Source of the DNA: Candidatus Binatia bacterium
GTDB lineage: Bacteria > Eisenbacteria > RBG-16-71-46 > SZUA-252
DNA length: 64,000 bases
Direction of reading: 5' to 3'
Assembly: GCA_035631035.1 (NCBI GenBank)
Contig: DASQJL010000096.1
Location: forward strand, 1,234 to 65,233
The translations under genes and the position numbers were made by a program. Below are positions 41,883 to 51,617 of this stretch, piece by piece (positions within the stretch are counted from its first letter, which is position 1; the number at the start of each line of letters is the position of its first letter). The notes under the pieces were generated by a model, which made no database searches, had not been told where the DNA came from, and worked only from the letters and a program-made list of their open reading frames with translations.

Positions 41883-43154
41883 GTGCGGATCGTGGCGCAC
41901 ATCGACATGGATGCCTTTTTCGCCTCGGTCGAGGAGAAGCTGAACCCGCGGCTCGCGGGAAAGCCGCTGGTCGTGGGAGGGTCCAGGGACAGCCGCGGGG
42001 TCGTCTCGGCGGCCAACTACGCGGCGCGTCCGTACGGGATCCACGCCGGCATGCCGATTGCCGAGGCGGTGCGCCTCTGTCCTGAAGCGGCCTTCATCGA
42101 AGGCGACCCCAGGAAGTACGTTCACATCTCTCTCCAGATCCTCGACACGCTGAAAGACTTCACCCCCATCGTCGAGCCGTTCAGCATCGACGAGGCGTTC
42201 CTCGACCTGACCGCGGTGGAGCGTCTTCGTCCTCGAACGGAAGACGGCGACCACGAGACCTGCCTGAACGCGGCGATCCCGCTCGCCCAGGCGATCCAGC
42301 GCGCGGTGCATCGGCGCGTGGGGCTGACGGCCTCGATCGGGATCGCCCCCAACAAGTACGTCGCCAAGATGGGGAGCGGCCTCCGGAAGCCGAACGGGCT
42401 CACGGTGCTCTCGATCCGCCGCTTTCGCGAGATCTTCGAATCGAAGCCGGTCAACGAGCTGTGGGGGATCGGAGAGAAGACGGCGGCTTCGCTCGCCACA
42501 CTCGGCATCCGCACGGCGGGGCAGCTCGCCCGCTTTCCCCGGGAGTTCCTGACCTATCATTTCGGGCTGAGCGGCGATCACATGCAGGATGCCGCGCGGG
42601 GCGACGACGAATCCGAGGTGGTGCCCTACTTCGAAGGGGTGCCGGTCAAGTCGATGGGGCACGAGTACACGCTGCCGGAGGACGTGTCGGATCGCGAGCG
42701 CATCCGCGCGCACCTCCTCCGCCTGAGCGATCAGGTGGGCCGACGCCTTCGCGTCGACGGATACCTGGGCCGTGTGATCGCGGTGAAGTTCCGCAATGCG
42801 CGCTTCAAGACCACCATCCGCCAGCGCGCGCTGGCCGAGGTGACCGACGACGAGAACGTCATCTATGGCACCGCGTGCATCCTCCTCGACGAGAACTGGG
42901 ACGGAAAGCCGCTGCGCCTGGTCGGCGTCTCGGTGTCGGACCTCGTCTCGGCGCAGGGATTCCATCAGCACGATCTCTTCTCCACCGACGAGCGCCGGCG
43001 AAGAATGACCGAGGCTGCGGATTCGCTGCGGAACAAGTTCGGGGACGCGGTCCTGGTGCGGGCGGGAGCGCTGGATCATGGCGACACGCAGCGCCTCTCT
43101 CGTGAGGGAGCCAGTCGGAGTCTCGTCCGGGTCCTCGCCGACGAGCGACGATGA
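41883..43154 (+). CDS. dinB: DNA polymerase IV (Y-family)
   Basis: GTG start. IAHIDMDAFFASVEE, SIDEAFLDLT, IGIAPNKYVAKM, LWGIGEKT. Confidence 0.92.
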   Translation: MRIVAHIDMDAFFASVEEKLNPRLAGKPLVVGGSRDSRGVVSAANYAARPYGIHAGMPIAEAVRLCPEAAFIEGDPRKYVHISLQILDTLKDFTPIVEPFSIDEAFLDLTAVERLRPRTEDGDHETCLNAAIPLAQAIQRAVHRRVGLTASIGIAPNKYVAKMGSGLRKPNGLTVLSIRRFREIFESKPVNELWGIGEKTAASLATLGIRTAGQLARFPREFLTYHFGLSGDHMQDAARGDDESEVVPYFEGVPVKSMGHEYTLPEDVSDRERIRAHLLRLSDQVGRRLRVDGYLGRVIAVKFRNARFKTTIRQRALAEVTDDENVIYGTACILLDENWDGKPLRLVGVSVSDLVSAQGFHQHDLFSTDERRRRMTEAADSLRNKFGDAVLVRAGALDHGDTQRLSREGASRSLVRVLADERR

Positions 43155-44143
43155 GCGACCGACCCAAGATCGTGCTCGGCACCTCGGGATGGTCCTTCAA
43201 GGACTGGGTGGGGCCCTTCTATCCGCCCGGCACGAATCGGGCGCACATGCTGGACTACTACGCGGGCGAGTTCCAGGCGGTCGAGGTGAACTCCACCTAT
43301 TACCGGATTCCGCACTGGCGCACGTTCGAGGCGATCGCGAAGAAGACGCCTCCCGGGTTCGAGATCGTCGTGAAGACGCACCACGACATGACGCACCTGC
43401 GCTCCCGCGAGCCCGATCTCTACCGGGACTTCGAGCGCTCCATCCAGCCGCTGCTCGAGGCGGGGAAGCTCACGGGGATCCTCGCGCAATTCCCCTACGC
43501 GTTCCGGCGCACGCGTGAAAACGAGGAGTTTCTTCACGCCCTGCCCGACCTCCTCGGCCGATGGGTACCGCTCTTCGTGGAGTTCCGCCACCGGTCCTGG
43601 GTGGACGACGCCGTCTTTCAGGATCTCCAGAAGGAGGGCCTTGGCTACGTCAGCGTGGACGAGCCGGACCTTCCGGGCCTGGTCCCGCCGATCGCGCGCC
43701 GCACGGGGCCGATCGGGTACGTCCGCTTTCATGGCCGGAACAAGGAGAAGTGGTGGGGGGCCGAGTCGCGCGATCGAGGGGCGCCCGACGGGCCGGGAGT
43801 GAAGCGGGATGCCGCGAAGAGCGCAACGCCCGATGACAGGGGCAAGGCCCGCACGCGAGTCCGCGCCGGTGCGGACTTGGGCCCGCTCTTCAGCGGCACT
43901 CCCGACCATCCCGCCGAGGCGCCACCCTTGCCGGCTCCGCCCGCCTCCGAGCCGCGCACGTCCAGCACGCGCTACGACTGGTCCTACACCGAAGAGGAGC
44001 TGCGCGAGTGGATGGACAAGATCCGTGAGATGACGCAGCAGGCCAAGAAGACGTTCGTCTTCTTCAACAACTGCCACGTGGGGCAGGCGGCGACCAGCGC
44101 CAAGCTGATGCGGAAGCTGCTCGAGGGGGAGGGGATGCTGTGA
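43151..44143 (+). CDS. DUF72 (YecE-like) protein with a ~70-aa low-complexity insertion
   Basis: The ATG overlaps the dinB stop (ATGA). GTSGWSFKDWVGPFYP, VEVNSTYYRIP, EFRHRSW, RYDWSYTEEEL. The insert GAESRDRG...EPRTSST lies between the last two blocks. Confidence 0.8.
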   Translation: MSDRPKIVLGTSGWSFKDWVGPFYPPGTNRAHMLDYYAGEFQAVEVNSTYYRIPHWRTFEAIAKKTPPGFEIVVKTHHDMTHLRSREPDLYRDFERSIQPLLEAGKLTGILAQFPYAFRRTRENEEFLHALPDLLGRWVPLFVEFRHRSWVDDAVFQDLQKEGLGYVSVDEPDLPGLVPPIARRTGPIGYVRFHGRNKEKWWGAESRDRGAPDGPGVKRDAAKSATPDDRGKARTRVRAGADLGPLFSGTPDHPAEAPPLPAPPASEPRTSSTRYDWSYTEEELREWMDKIREMTQQAKKTFVFFNNCHVGQAATSAKLMRKLLEGEGML

Positions 44144-44168
44144 GCCGGGGCGCGAGCGGAGCGGGGAC

Positions 44169-46676
44169 ATGACGGGCGGGGGTGTCGCGGGGGGAAGCGA
44201 TTTCGTCCACGGGCCGGGACTCTTCGACGCCGAGCGCGGCGAGCGCGGGCCGCGTTCCGGCGCTCCCGAGACCCTGGACGAGTACGAGGCGCTCCTGCAG
44301 GCGCTCACCTCGCGGGACCGTCGATTTGTCCACGGTCCCTACGGGCTCCGCCGCCGTCCGAACGAGCTGGTGCACCTGGAGCGCCTCCCGGCCCGGCCCG
44401 CCGTGTACGGCGACCTCGCCGAGCCTCTGCCGCAAGCGCTCCAGGGCGTGCTACGCGAGGCGGGCATCGAACGCCTCTACACCCACCAGGCCCAGGCGGT
44501 GGATCTCGCGCGCTCCGGCGCGAACGTCGCCGTCGCAACGGGCACCGCGTCGGGGAAGTCGCTCGCCTATCACCTGCCGATCCTCGAGCGGCTCCTCCTC
44601 CAGCCGGGCGCCACCGCGCTCTACCTGTTTCCGACCAAGGCCCTCGCCCAGGACCAGCTGCGCGGCCTCCTGCGCTTCGCCGCGGCGTCTCCAGCGCTCG
44701 GGCGCGCGCTCGCGACCGGCACCTACGACGGAGACACTCCCGGCGAGTCGCGCCGCAAGCTCCGCGAGCGCGCCAACGCGATCCTCACGAACCCCGACAT
44801 GCTCCACCAGGGGATCCTCCCGTACCACTCCCGATGGAGCCGGATCTTCTCCAACCTGCGCTACGTCGTGGTGGACGAGATGCATACCTATCGCGGCGTG
44901 TTCGGGTCCCACGTCGCCAACGTGCTCCGACGGCTGAAGCGGATCGCGCGCCACTACGGCGCCGATCCCCGCTTTCTTCTGAGCTCCGCCACCATTCGAA
45001 ATCCGCGCGAGCTGGCGGAGTCGCTGGTCGGGGAGCCGGTCCGTGTCGTGGACGAGGATGGCGCGCCCCGCGGACCCAAGCTCTTCGCGTTCTGGAATCC
45101 CAGACATGCCGGTCCCGAGCAGGCGGGCGCGCGAACCTCCACGTCGATCGAAGCCGAGCGCATCCTGGTCTCGCTCATCCGGCGGCAGGTCGCCTCGATC
45201 GCGTTCACGCGGTCGCGCGTCTCCGCCGAGCTGATCTACCGCTACGCGCGCGAGCAGCTGGAGGAGCGGGGGCGCCGCCGCGCCGAGAAGGCCGAGGGCG
45301 GGGCGGTCCCGCTCGCCGACCGGCTGAGTCCCTACCGCGGCGGCTACCTTCCCGAGGAACGGCGCGCCATCGAGCGCCGCCTCTTCGACGGGGACCTCCT
45401 CGGCGTCATCTCGACGAACGCGCTCGAGCTGGGGATCGATGTCGGGTCGCTGGACGCGGCCGTGCTCGTCGGCTTCCCCAACACCATCGCGAGCACCTGG
45501 CAGCAGGCGGGGCGCGCGGGCCGCTCGCAGGCGCCGTCGCTCGCGATCGTCGTCGCCTACGACGATCCGATCGATCAGTACCTGATGCGCCACCCCGAGT
45601 ACTTCTTCGCGCAATCGCCGGAGAGCGCCGTCGTGGATCCTTCCAACCCCTACGTGCTCGCGTCGCACCTCGCCTGCGCCGCGCACGAGCTGCCGCTCTC
45701 GCGCGCCGACGAGGTCTGGTTCGGGCCGAGGGCCGAGGCGCTCGGGCGCCTGCTGGAAGAGGAAGGCACCGTCAAGTCGCTCGACGGCCTCCGTTACTGG
45801 TCTTCGTCCGAATATCCGGCGGGGCGGGTCAACCTGCGCACCATCTCCGACGACACCTACACCATCCTCGAGCGGAAGCCCGGCGCTCCGGAAGCGGAGG
45901 CGAGGACCCTGGCCACGGTGGACGCGATCAGCGCGCCGGAGCTGATCTACCCCGAGGCGATCTATCTGCACGAGGGAGACACCTGGTTCGTGCGCGAGCT
46001 GGACCTGCAGCAGAAGGTCGCCTACGTCGAGCGGCAGGAGGTGGACTACTACACGCAGCCGGTGCTGGACACGCGGCTGCGGCTGACCGAGACCCGCGAA
46101 ACGAAGCGCTGCGGCGAGTGCGAGGTGGGCCTGGGGACAGCGAACGTCTCCTGGGCCACCGTCGCCTTCAAGAAGATCCGCTTTCGGAGTCTCGATGCCA
46201 TCGGCTATCACCCGCTCGATCTCCCCCGCCTGAACCTGGACACGGTGGCGCTCTGGATCCGCCCCGACGAGTCGGCGCGCGCGGCGGTGCGCGTGAAGGG
46301 GATGAATCCCGCCGAGGGGATGTCGGGACTCCGCAATCTGCTCGTCACGCTGCTTCCGCTTCACGCCATGTGCGACCGGCCGGACCTGGGAGGCGTCCTC
46401 GACAGCGCGAACCTCGGCGAGCAGGCGATCTTCCTCTACGACCGCTACCCGGGCGGGCTGGGCTACGCGGAGCGCGGCTACGCCATCGTGGACGACCTCC
46501 TGCGCGCGACGCTCCGCATGATCGAGGACTGCCCCTGCGAGATCGGGTGTCCCTCGTGCGTCGGCCTCCCGGTCCTCCGCCCCGCGCAGCAGCAGGACTA
46601 CGACCTGCACGGCGGCTGGCCCATCCCGAACAAGGCCGCCACGGAGGCGCTGCTCCGGCGCCTTCTCGGGGCCTGA
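44169..46676 (+). CDS. DExH-box helicase with C-terminal DUF1998-type Cys cluster (MrfA/YprA-like)
   Basis: Motif I ATGTASGKS. Motif II VVDEMHTYRG. Motif VI QQAGRAGR. C-terminal CPCEIGCPSCVG. Confidence 0.85.
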   Translation: MTGGGVAGGSDFVHGPGLFDAERGERGPRSGAPETLDEYEALLQALTSRDRRFVHGPYGLRRRPNELVHLERLPARPAVYGDLAEPLPQALQGVLREAGIERLYTHQAQAVDLARSGANVAVATGTASGKSLAYHLPILERLLLQPGATALYLFPTKALAQDQLRGLLRFAAASPALGRALATGTYDGDTPGESRRKLRERANAILTNPDMLHQGILPYHSRWSRIFSNLRYVVVDEMHTYRGVFGSHVANVLRRLKRIARHYGADPRFLLSSATIRNPRELAESLVGEPVRVVDEDGAPRGPKLFAFWNPRHAGPEQAGARTSTSIEAERILVSLIRRQVASIAFTRSRVSAELIYRYAREQLEERGRRRAEKAEGGAVPLADRLSPYRGGYLPEERRAIERRLFDGDLLGVISTNALELGIDVGSLDAAVLVGFPNTIASTWQQAGRAGRSQAPSLAIVVAYDDPIDQYLMRHPEYFFAQSPESAVVDPSNPYVLASHLACAAHELPLSRADEVWFGPRAEALGRLLEEEGTVKSLDGLRYWSSSEYPAGRVNLRTISDDTYTILERKPGAPEAEARTLATVDAISAPELIYPEAIYLHEGDTWFVRELDLQQKVAYVERQEVDYYTQPVLDTRLRLTETRETKRCGECEVGLGTANVSWATVAFKKIRFRSLDAIGYHPLDLPRLNLDTVALWIRPDESARAAVRVKGMNPAEGMSGLRNLLVTLLPLHAMCDRPDLGGVLDSANLGEQAIFLYDRYPGGLGYAERGYAIVDDLLRATLRMIEDCPCEIGCPSCVGLPVLRPAQQQDYDLHGGWPIPNKAATEALLRRLLGA

Positions 46677-46709
46677 CGCGCGCCGCGCCGCGCGCCGGAG
46701 ACAGGCCCG

Positions 46710-47714
46710 ATGCTCTCCAAGACACTCCGGGACAGGATCGGGGGGCTGCTCCGGCAAGGCGCTCTGGACATTCCGGTCCCGCACGGGAACGGAGATTCGA
46801 ATGGCCATGCGGCCGCGCCCCCGCTGTTCACCCCCGAGCCGCGTCGCCACTTCGTCGCGACGGGGATCGAGGAGATCCTTCCCGGCGGCGTGATCGAGAC
46901 CGCGCAGGGGACCGTCTTCGCGCATGAGCGGCTCTACACCGATCTGGGAGAGCGTCCCGTACCCCTCCTCCGCCGGCTGGCCGAGCTCTGCGCCTACCCC
47001 GGGTGCGCGCCGGAGCGCCATGGAACGGGTCCACACTGGGTCGAGATCCCCGGCGTCGACTGCCCCTATCCCGCGCTCCCGGAACGCGCGCGCGCGCGCC
47101 GGCGCCGGCCGCGGGATCTGGCGGAGGCGACGGGCCTTCACGACCCTCCGGAGCAGGGGATGTTTCGCCGGTTCGGATACCGGCGCGTGCTCTACTTGGA
47201 CATCGAAACGTGCGGGCTCTCGGCGGCGCCGGTGTTCCTGGTCGGGCTCTGCATGGTGGGGGAGCGGAATCTCATCCTGCGCCAGCTCTTCGCGCGGGAC
47301 TACGCCGAGGAGCGGGCGCTCCTGGTGGAGCTCAAGCGCCTGGCCGGGGAGCACGACTTCCTCGTGACCTTCAACGGCAAGGCGTTCGACGTGCCCTTTC
47401 TTCGCGACCGCGCCGTGCATCACCGCCTCGATCCGCCGATCGCGATGCCCCACCTGGACCTGCTCTGGATGGCGCGCCGGCGCTGGAAGGATCTCCTTCC
47501 GGACTGCAAGCTGAAGACGATCGAATGGCGGGTGCTCCGGCGGAGGCGCGCGGGCGACGTGGGAGGATCGGAGATCCCCGGGCTCTACCACGACTACGTG
47601 AAGCGGGGCGAGGCCCACCGGCTGCTTCCGGTGTTCCATCACAACCTGCTCGACGTGGTCGCGATGGTGGAGCTGACGCCGGTCATCTTCGACCCGGATG
47701 TCGGGATCTACTAG
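46710..47714 (+). CDS. RNase H-fold DEDD-type exonuclease (MrfB/YprB-like)
   Basis: Exo I YLDIETCGL. Exo II TFNGKAFDVPFL. Exo III HHNLLDVVAM. Confidence 0.75.
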   Translation: MLSKTLRDRIGGLLRQGALDIPVPHGNGDSNGHAAAPPLFTPEPRRHFVATGIEEILPGGVIETAQGTVFAHERLYTDLGERPVPLLRRLAELCAYPGCAPERHGTGPHWVEIPGVDCPYPALPERARARRRRPRDLAEATGLHDPPEQGMFRRFGYRRVLYLDIETCGLSAAPVFLVGLCMVGERNLILRQLFARDYAEERALLVELKRLAGEHDFLVTFNGKAFDVPFLRDRAVHHRLDPPIAMPHLDLLWMARRRWKDLLPDCKLKTIEWRVLRRRRAGDVGGSEIPGLYHDYVKRGEAHRLLPVFHHNLLDVVAMVELTPVIFDPDVGIY

Positions 47715-47769
47715 AGAGCGGCGACGCGAGCGAGTGATCGAGGAGCGGGAGAGGAGCGGGACGGGGTCC

Positions 47770-48342
47770 CTAGGAGGAGCTTCGCGCGCCCCACATCTCG
47801 CGCGTGAGCTCGAAGCGGAGCGAGCCGGGATCGGACGGGGCCTCGTTCGCCCGCACGAAGCCGTTCTTCTCGAGGACCCGCTGGGAAGGGCGCCCCTCCG
47901 GCAGCGTCTCGGCGACGACGCGGCGTACGCGCGGGTCGCTAAAGGCCCACGCCAGCGTGGCCCCCACCGCCTCCGTGGCCAGCCCTCTCCCGTAGTACTC
48001 CTCCACGATGGAGTACCCGATCTCGATCGTCCCGCGGGGGTCGGGCGGTCCCTTGAAGCCGCCCCCTCCGATCAGGAGCGGCCGCCGCTCCGGCGCGCCC
48101 GCCTGGGGCCGCACCAGCCAGGACCAGCCCAGGAACCCGACCGCCTCGGGGTGCTCCTCCAGCCGGCGGCAGAGGAAGTCGCGCCCCTCCTGGTCGTTCT
48201 CCCCGGGGGGCCAGGCCCCGTGGATCTCGGCCCCCAGCAGACGGGCCAGCTCGGCGCGGTCGGCCGCCTCCGCCCGGGCGATGGCCGGGGTGGAGGCGAT
48301 CAGGAAGAGGCGCTCGGTTTGGAGTTGGATCGACTCGGTCAC
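47770..48342 (-). CDS. GNAT N-acetyltransferase (RimJ/RimL-like)
   Basis: 190 aa. YYGRGLATEAVGATLAWAF and SQRVLEKNGFV. Confidence 0.8.
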   Translation of the reverse strand: MTESIQLQTERLFLIASTPAIARAEAADRAELARLLGAEIHGAWPPGENDQEGRDFLCRRLEEHPEAVGFLGWSWLVRPQAGAPERRPLLIGGGGFKGPPDPRGTIEIGYSIVEEYYGRGLATEAVGATLAWAFSDPRVRRVVAETLPEGRPSQRVLEKNGFVRANEAPSDPGSLRFELTREMWGARSSS

Positions 48343-48453
48343 GACATTATCCTTTCATGCGTACCGAATCTCGGCAACCCAGGAACCACGGCAGGTCCTC
48401 GTTCCATCGAAGTACGATCGCGTCACCCCACAACCCGGAAGGAGTCTTCCCCC

Positions 48454-48990
48454 ATGAAACGCCATCTGCTTGCATTGGGAGTCCTCGCTCTCGCCATGTC
48501 GGCGGCCCCCGCGCTGGCCGACGACGCCGCCACCCCGGCCCAGCCGGACAACGCAGCCCAGATGGCCCAGCCGGCCGCGGCCCAGCACGTGGTCTACGCC
48601 GCCAAGGACCTCAAGTGGATGGATGGCCCCCCGGGTCTCCCCGCGGGCGCCAAGTTCACGGTTCTCGCCGGAAACCCGATGGCGCCGGGGATCTACACGA
48701 TTCGCGCGATGTTCCCCGCCGGCTACAAGATCCCGGCGCACTTCCACGCCGCCGATGAGAACGTCACCGTGATCGCCGGCGAGTTTGGGATCGGCATGGG
48801 CGACGCCCTGGACATGGCGAAGGGCGATGTCATGAGCTCGGGCGGCTTCACGTCGCTTCCGGCCGGCATGCACCACTTCGCCTGGACCAAGAAGGGCGCC
48901 ACGGTCCAGATCCACGGCATGGGGCCGTTCTCGATCACCTACCTGAATCCTTCCGAGGATCCGCGGAACGCCAAGGAAGCCGCCAAGTAA
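48454..48990 (+). CDS. Secreted cupin-like protein
   Basis: Trimmed to ATG 48454 (RBS GGAAGGAG upstream). Signal peptide ALGVLALAMSAAPALA. Contains PAHFHAADENVTVIAGEF and MHHFAW. Confidence 0.7.
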   Translation: MKRHLLALGVLALAMSAAPALADDAATPAQPDNAAQMAQPAAAQHVVYAAKDLKWMDGPPGLPAGAKFTVLAGNPMAPGIYTIRAMFPAGYKIPAHFHAADENVTVIAGEFGIGMGDALDMAKGDVMSSGGFTSLPAGMHHFAWTKKGATVQIHGMGPFSITYLNPSEDPRNAKEAAK

Positions 48991-49014
48991 CCGTATCCGT
49001 CCGTTGACGCCGAA

Positions 49015-49077
49015 GCGGCGGGGCCGACGTCGTCGAAGGTTCGACTCGACGTCGGGACCCCGCCGTCTTCGTTTCTC
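49015..49077 (+). terminator. Rho-independent terminator after the secreted cupin gene
   Basis: Long imperfect GC hairpin (gcggcggggccgacgtcg ... cgacgtcgggaccccgccg) followed by tcttcgtttctc. Confidence 0.65.
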
Positions 49078-49455
49078 CCGCTAAACCCTGCCGCTACCTT
49101 GTACCGCCACTGGCCCGTCGATTGCTTTCCGTCCCGCTCGCTCCGTCGCCACGACGCGCCCCTGCTTGCGCGTACGGCACGGCGCGACCCGCCGGAACGG
49201 CGGCATCGCGGCTTGGATTGGGGAAGCGGCTCGCGTCGCAAGGGATCGCGCGCCGCAACCGGGAGGCTCTGCCGAGGGACGGAGGCTCGCGGGATGGGTT
49301 TGCCCTGCCGCCTTGCGCCGAGGGAGTCCGCGCGGGGGCAGCGCGCGGCGAGGGTCCGGTCCCACCTTCCACCAGCCATCACGCCTGGGCCCCGCCGCGA
49401 TCAAATCCGGGATCAGCGGCTCACGCCCGCTTCCGCGGCCTTTGGCCGCGGTGGA

Positions 49456-51525
49456 TCAGTACACGCGCACCGGCAGGATCACCATCGCCAGTCCGTGGAA
49501 CGCGAGACGCCGCTGGAGGGCGACGCAGGTCTGGTTGTGGAGCCAGCGAACGATGCTCCCCTCCTTCTGGAACACGAGCTGGCCGGCGAAGGTGACGCTG
49601 CGCGGGAACTGCTCCTGGACCTGGATGCAGAGCTGCTCCAGCTCGTCCACGATGTCGGTGCCGAGCGCCAGGCGCTGCTCGGCGGGGATGCCCAGCTTCC
49701 GCGCGAACTCGACGTACTTCCGGAGCTCCGCCTCCGTGCTGGCGCGAAGCGCCTCGATCTCCTCGGCGCCCTTGAACTGGCCGGAATCGATGGCGCCGAC
49801 CGAGATGAAGATCACCTGCTTGAACTGCCCTGGGAAGACCCGGAACAGGTTCAGGAGCGTGTGAATCCCCAGCCCGCCGAACGAGGTCACGGTGAGCACC
49901 GCGGTGTTCGCGTTCTTCTTCAGCGGCGCCTGCGTGGGCTCGCTCGCGGGCAGCGGCACGGTCGTGAGCGCCTGGTCCAGCCGGTGCAGGCTCTGGTTCG
50001 TACGGACGTAGTGGCGGCGGATCAGGACGCACCCCATGGCCAGAATCGCCGTGGTGAGCAGCGTGGCCCAGCCGCCCTCGGTGAACTTGAAGTAAACGGT
50101 GCCGCACAGGAGGAGCCCGGTCACCGCGAAGCCCAGCGAGCTGATGAAGAGGGCGCGCTTCCACGACTGCCCCTCGCGCCGGAGATTCAGGGCGTCCCGG
50201 CACATGCCGAGCTGCGCGAGCGAGAAGGTCAGGAAGACGTTGATCGAGTAGAGCACGACCAGCAGGTGGACCGCCCCCTGGGTCGCGGCCAGCACGATCG
50301 CGGCGGAGATGGCCATGAAGAGCACGCCGTTCGAGGTGACCAGCCGCTCGGAGAGGCTGGAGAACCGCGAGGGTACCCACCGGTCGAACGCCATGTAGAC
50401 CAGGACGCGCGGCCCGCCCAGGAAGCCGGTCTGCGCCGCGACGAAGAGGAGCGCGCCCGAGGAGATCAGCGTGATCGCGACCAGCGCATGGCCCAGGCTG
50501 CTCCCCGGCGGGAAGACCTGGCCCGAGATCGCGGCGAAGAGAACCGCATTGAGGGTTCGGCCCGGCACCGGCCGCACCTGGTAGAGCAGGTAGCCGAACA
50601 GGATCCCGCCCGCGATGAGCGCGAGCGAGACCGCCATGTAGCGCATCGTGATCTTCGCGGTCTCGACCTTGGGATCGCGCAGCATCGGCACGCCGTTCGA
50701 GACCGCCTCGATCCCCGTGTACGTGCCGCCGCCCAGGGTGAAGGCGCGGAAGAGGATCATGAGAAGACCCACCCAGCCGATCTGCTGGACCGCCACCGAG
50801 GACTGCTCGTGGAGGTGGTTCCACTCGATCGGCACCTGGTGCGCGCTCGAGACGATCCCCGTCACCAGACCCGCGGCGTGGGTCACGATGAAGAGGAGGA
50901 AGATCGGCGAGATCAGCGACACCGACTCCCGGACGCCGCGCAGGTTCAGGAGCGTGAGCGCGCCGAGGAGCAGGAACGTGAAGGGAAGCTTCACGAACTG
51001 GTACTGGGTGGGGAGCACGCTGAAGAGCTGGTCGCTGCAGCTGGCCAGCGAGATCGCCACGGTGAGCACGTAATCCACGAGGAGCGCGCTTCCGGAGGCG
51101 AGCCCGGCCCCCGGTCCGAGCAGCTTGGTCGCGACCACGTAGCCGCCGCCGCCGGCGGGGAAGCGCTCGATGATCCGCTGGTAGCTGGCCGCGATCACGA
51201 AGACGGTGAACGCGGTGAGCAGCGCCAGGGGGATCGCCAGGAAGACATTCCCCTCCAGCGCGAGCCACGCCGCCTCGGGGCCATACGCCGACGACGAGAG
51301 GCCGTCCGCGCCCAGTCCGACCCAGGCGAGGAAGGCGGCAAGGGAGATCTTGTGGAACAGCGCCGGGTCGGTGAACGCGCGCGCGGGTCCGATGATGGCC
51401 GCGAAGAAGCGCTTGGCGAAACGGATGGGCGCCGGCTCGACGATCGTGCCGACCGGAGGCTCAGGCGGCAGCGCGGGGATCTGGTGTCCCGGGTCCGGTT
51501 CTTCCTGGTGGGGTTGCTCGGGCAT
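49456..51525 (-). CDS. APC-superfamily permease with C-terminal cytoplasmic domain (KimA-like architecture)
   Basis: 689 aa with at least 11 TM segments. N-terminal LGADGLSSSAYGPEA resembles the SDALSSVAYGTE block of KimA-type K+ transporters. The C-terminal ~200 aa is soluble. Confidence 0.7.
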   Translation of the reverse strand: MPEQPHQEEPDPGHQIPALPPEPPVGTIVEPAPIRFAKRFFAAIIGPARAFTDPALFHKISLAAFLAWVGLGADGLSSSAYGPEAAWLALEGNVFLAIPLALLTAFTVFVIAASYQRIIERFPAGGGGYVVATKLLGPGAGLASGSALLVDYVLTVAISLASCSDQLFSVLPTQYQFVKLPFTFLLLGALTLLNLRGVRESVSLISPIFLLFIVTHAAGLVTGIVSSAHQVPIEWNHLHEQSSVAVQQIGWVGLLMILFRAFTLGGGTYTGIEAVSNGVPMLRDPKVETAKITMRYMAVSLALIAGGILFGYLLYQVRPVPGRTLNAVLFAAISGQVFPPGSSLGHALVAITLISSGALLFVAAQTGFLGGPRVLVYMAFDRWVPSRFSSLSERLVTSNGVLFMAISAAIVLAATQGAVHLLVVLYSINVFLTFSLAQLGMCRDALNLRREGQSWKRALFISSLGFAVTGLLLCGTVYFKFTEGGWATLLTTAILAMGCVLIRRHYVRTNQSLHRLDQALTTVPLPASEPTQAPLKKNANTAVLTVTSFGGLGIHTLLNLFRVFPGQFKQVIFISVGAIDSGQFKGAEEIEALRASTEAELRKYVEFARKLGIPAEQRLALGTDIVDELEQLCIQVQEQFPRSVTFAGQLVFQKEGSIVRWLHNQTCVALQRRLAFHGLAMVILPVRVY

Positions 51526-51559
51526 ATATAAGCGGCGAATCCTACACCCGCCGGGCTCA

Positions 51560-51596
51560 TAAAAACACGCCCCGGCGCTACCCGCGTCGGGGCGTC
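51560..51596 (-). terminator. Rho-independent terminator of the csp gene
   Basis: The minus strand reads gacgccccg-(loop)-cggggcgt followed by gtttttat, 22 nt after the stop. Confidence 0.7.
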
Positions 51597-51617
51597 AGGT
51601 TACAGGGGGCGTTCGGC

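Noticed and set aside
44169-47714. The DUF1998 helicase considered as part of an anti-phage system (DISARM DrmA-like or Druantia DruE-like).
   Set aside because: There is no associated methyltransferase, PLD nuclease, DUF4145 or large Dru partner. It is instead paired with a YprB-type DEDD exonuclease and sits behind dinB under a LexA-type operator, which matches the MrfAB repair pair.
49033-49050. The tRNA T-arm-like string aaggttcgactcgac.
   Set aside because: It forms the loop/inner stem of the terminator hairpin. No acceptor stem, D-arm or anticodon arm can be drawn around it. I found no tRNA anywhere in the window.
51526-51545. The AT-rich tract (minus strand: cttatatatATG) directly abutting the permease start, considered as a leaderless-mRNA promoter.
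   Set aside because: The TATA-like hexamer ends only ~2 nt before the ATG, too close for a -10 element of a leaderless transcript. No -35 is evident.
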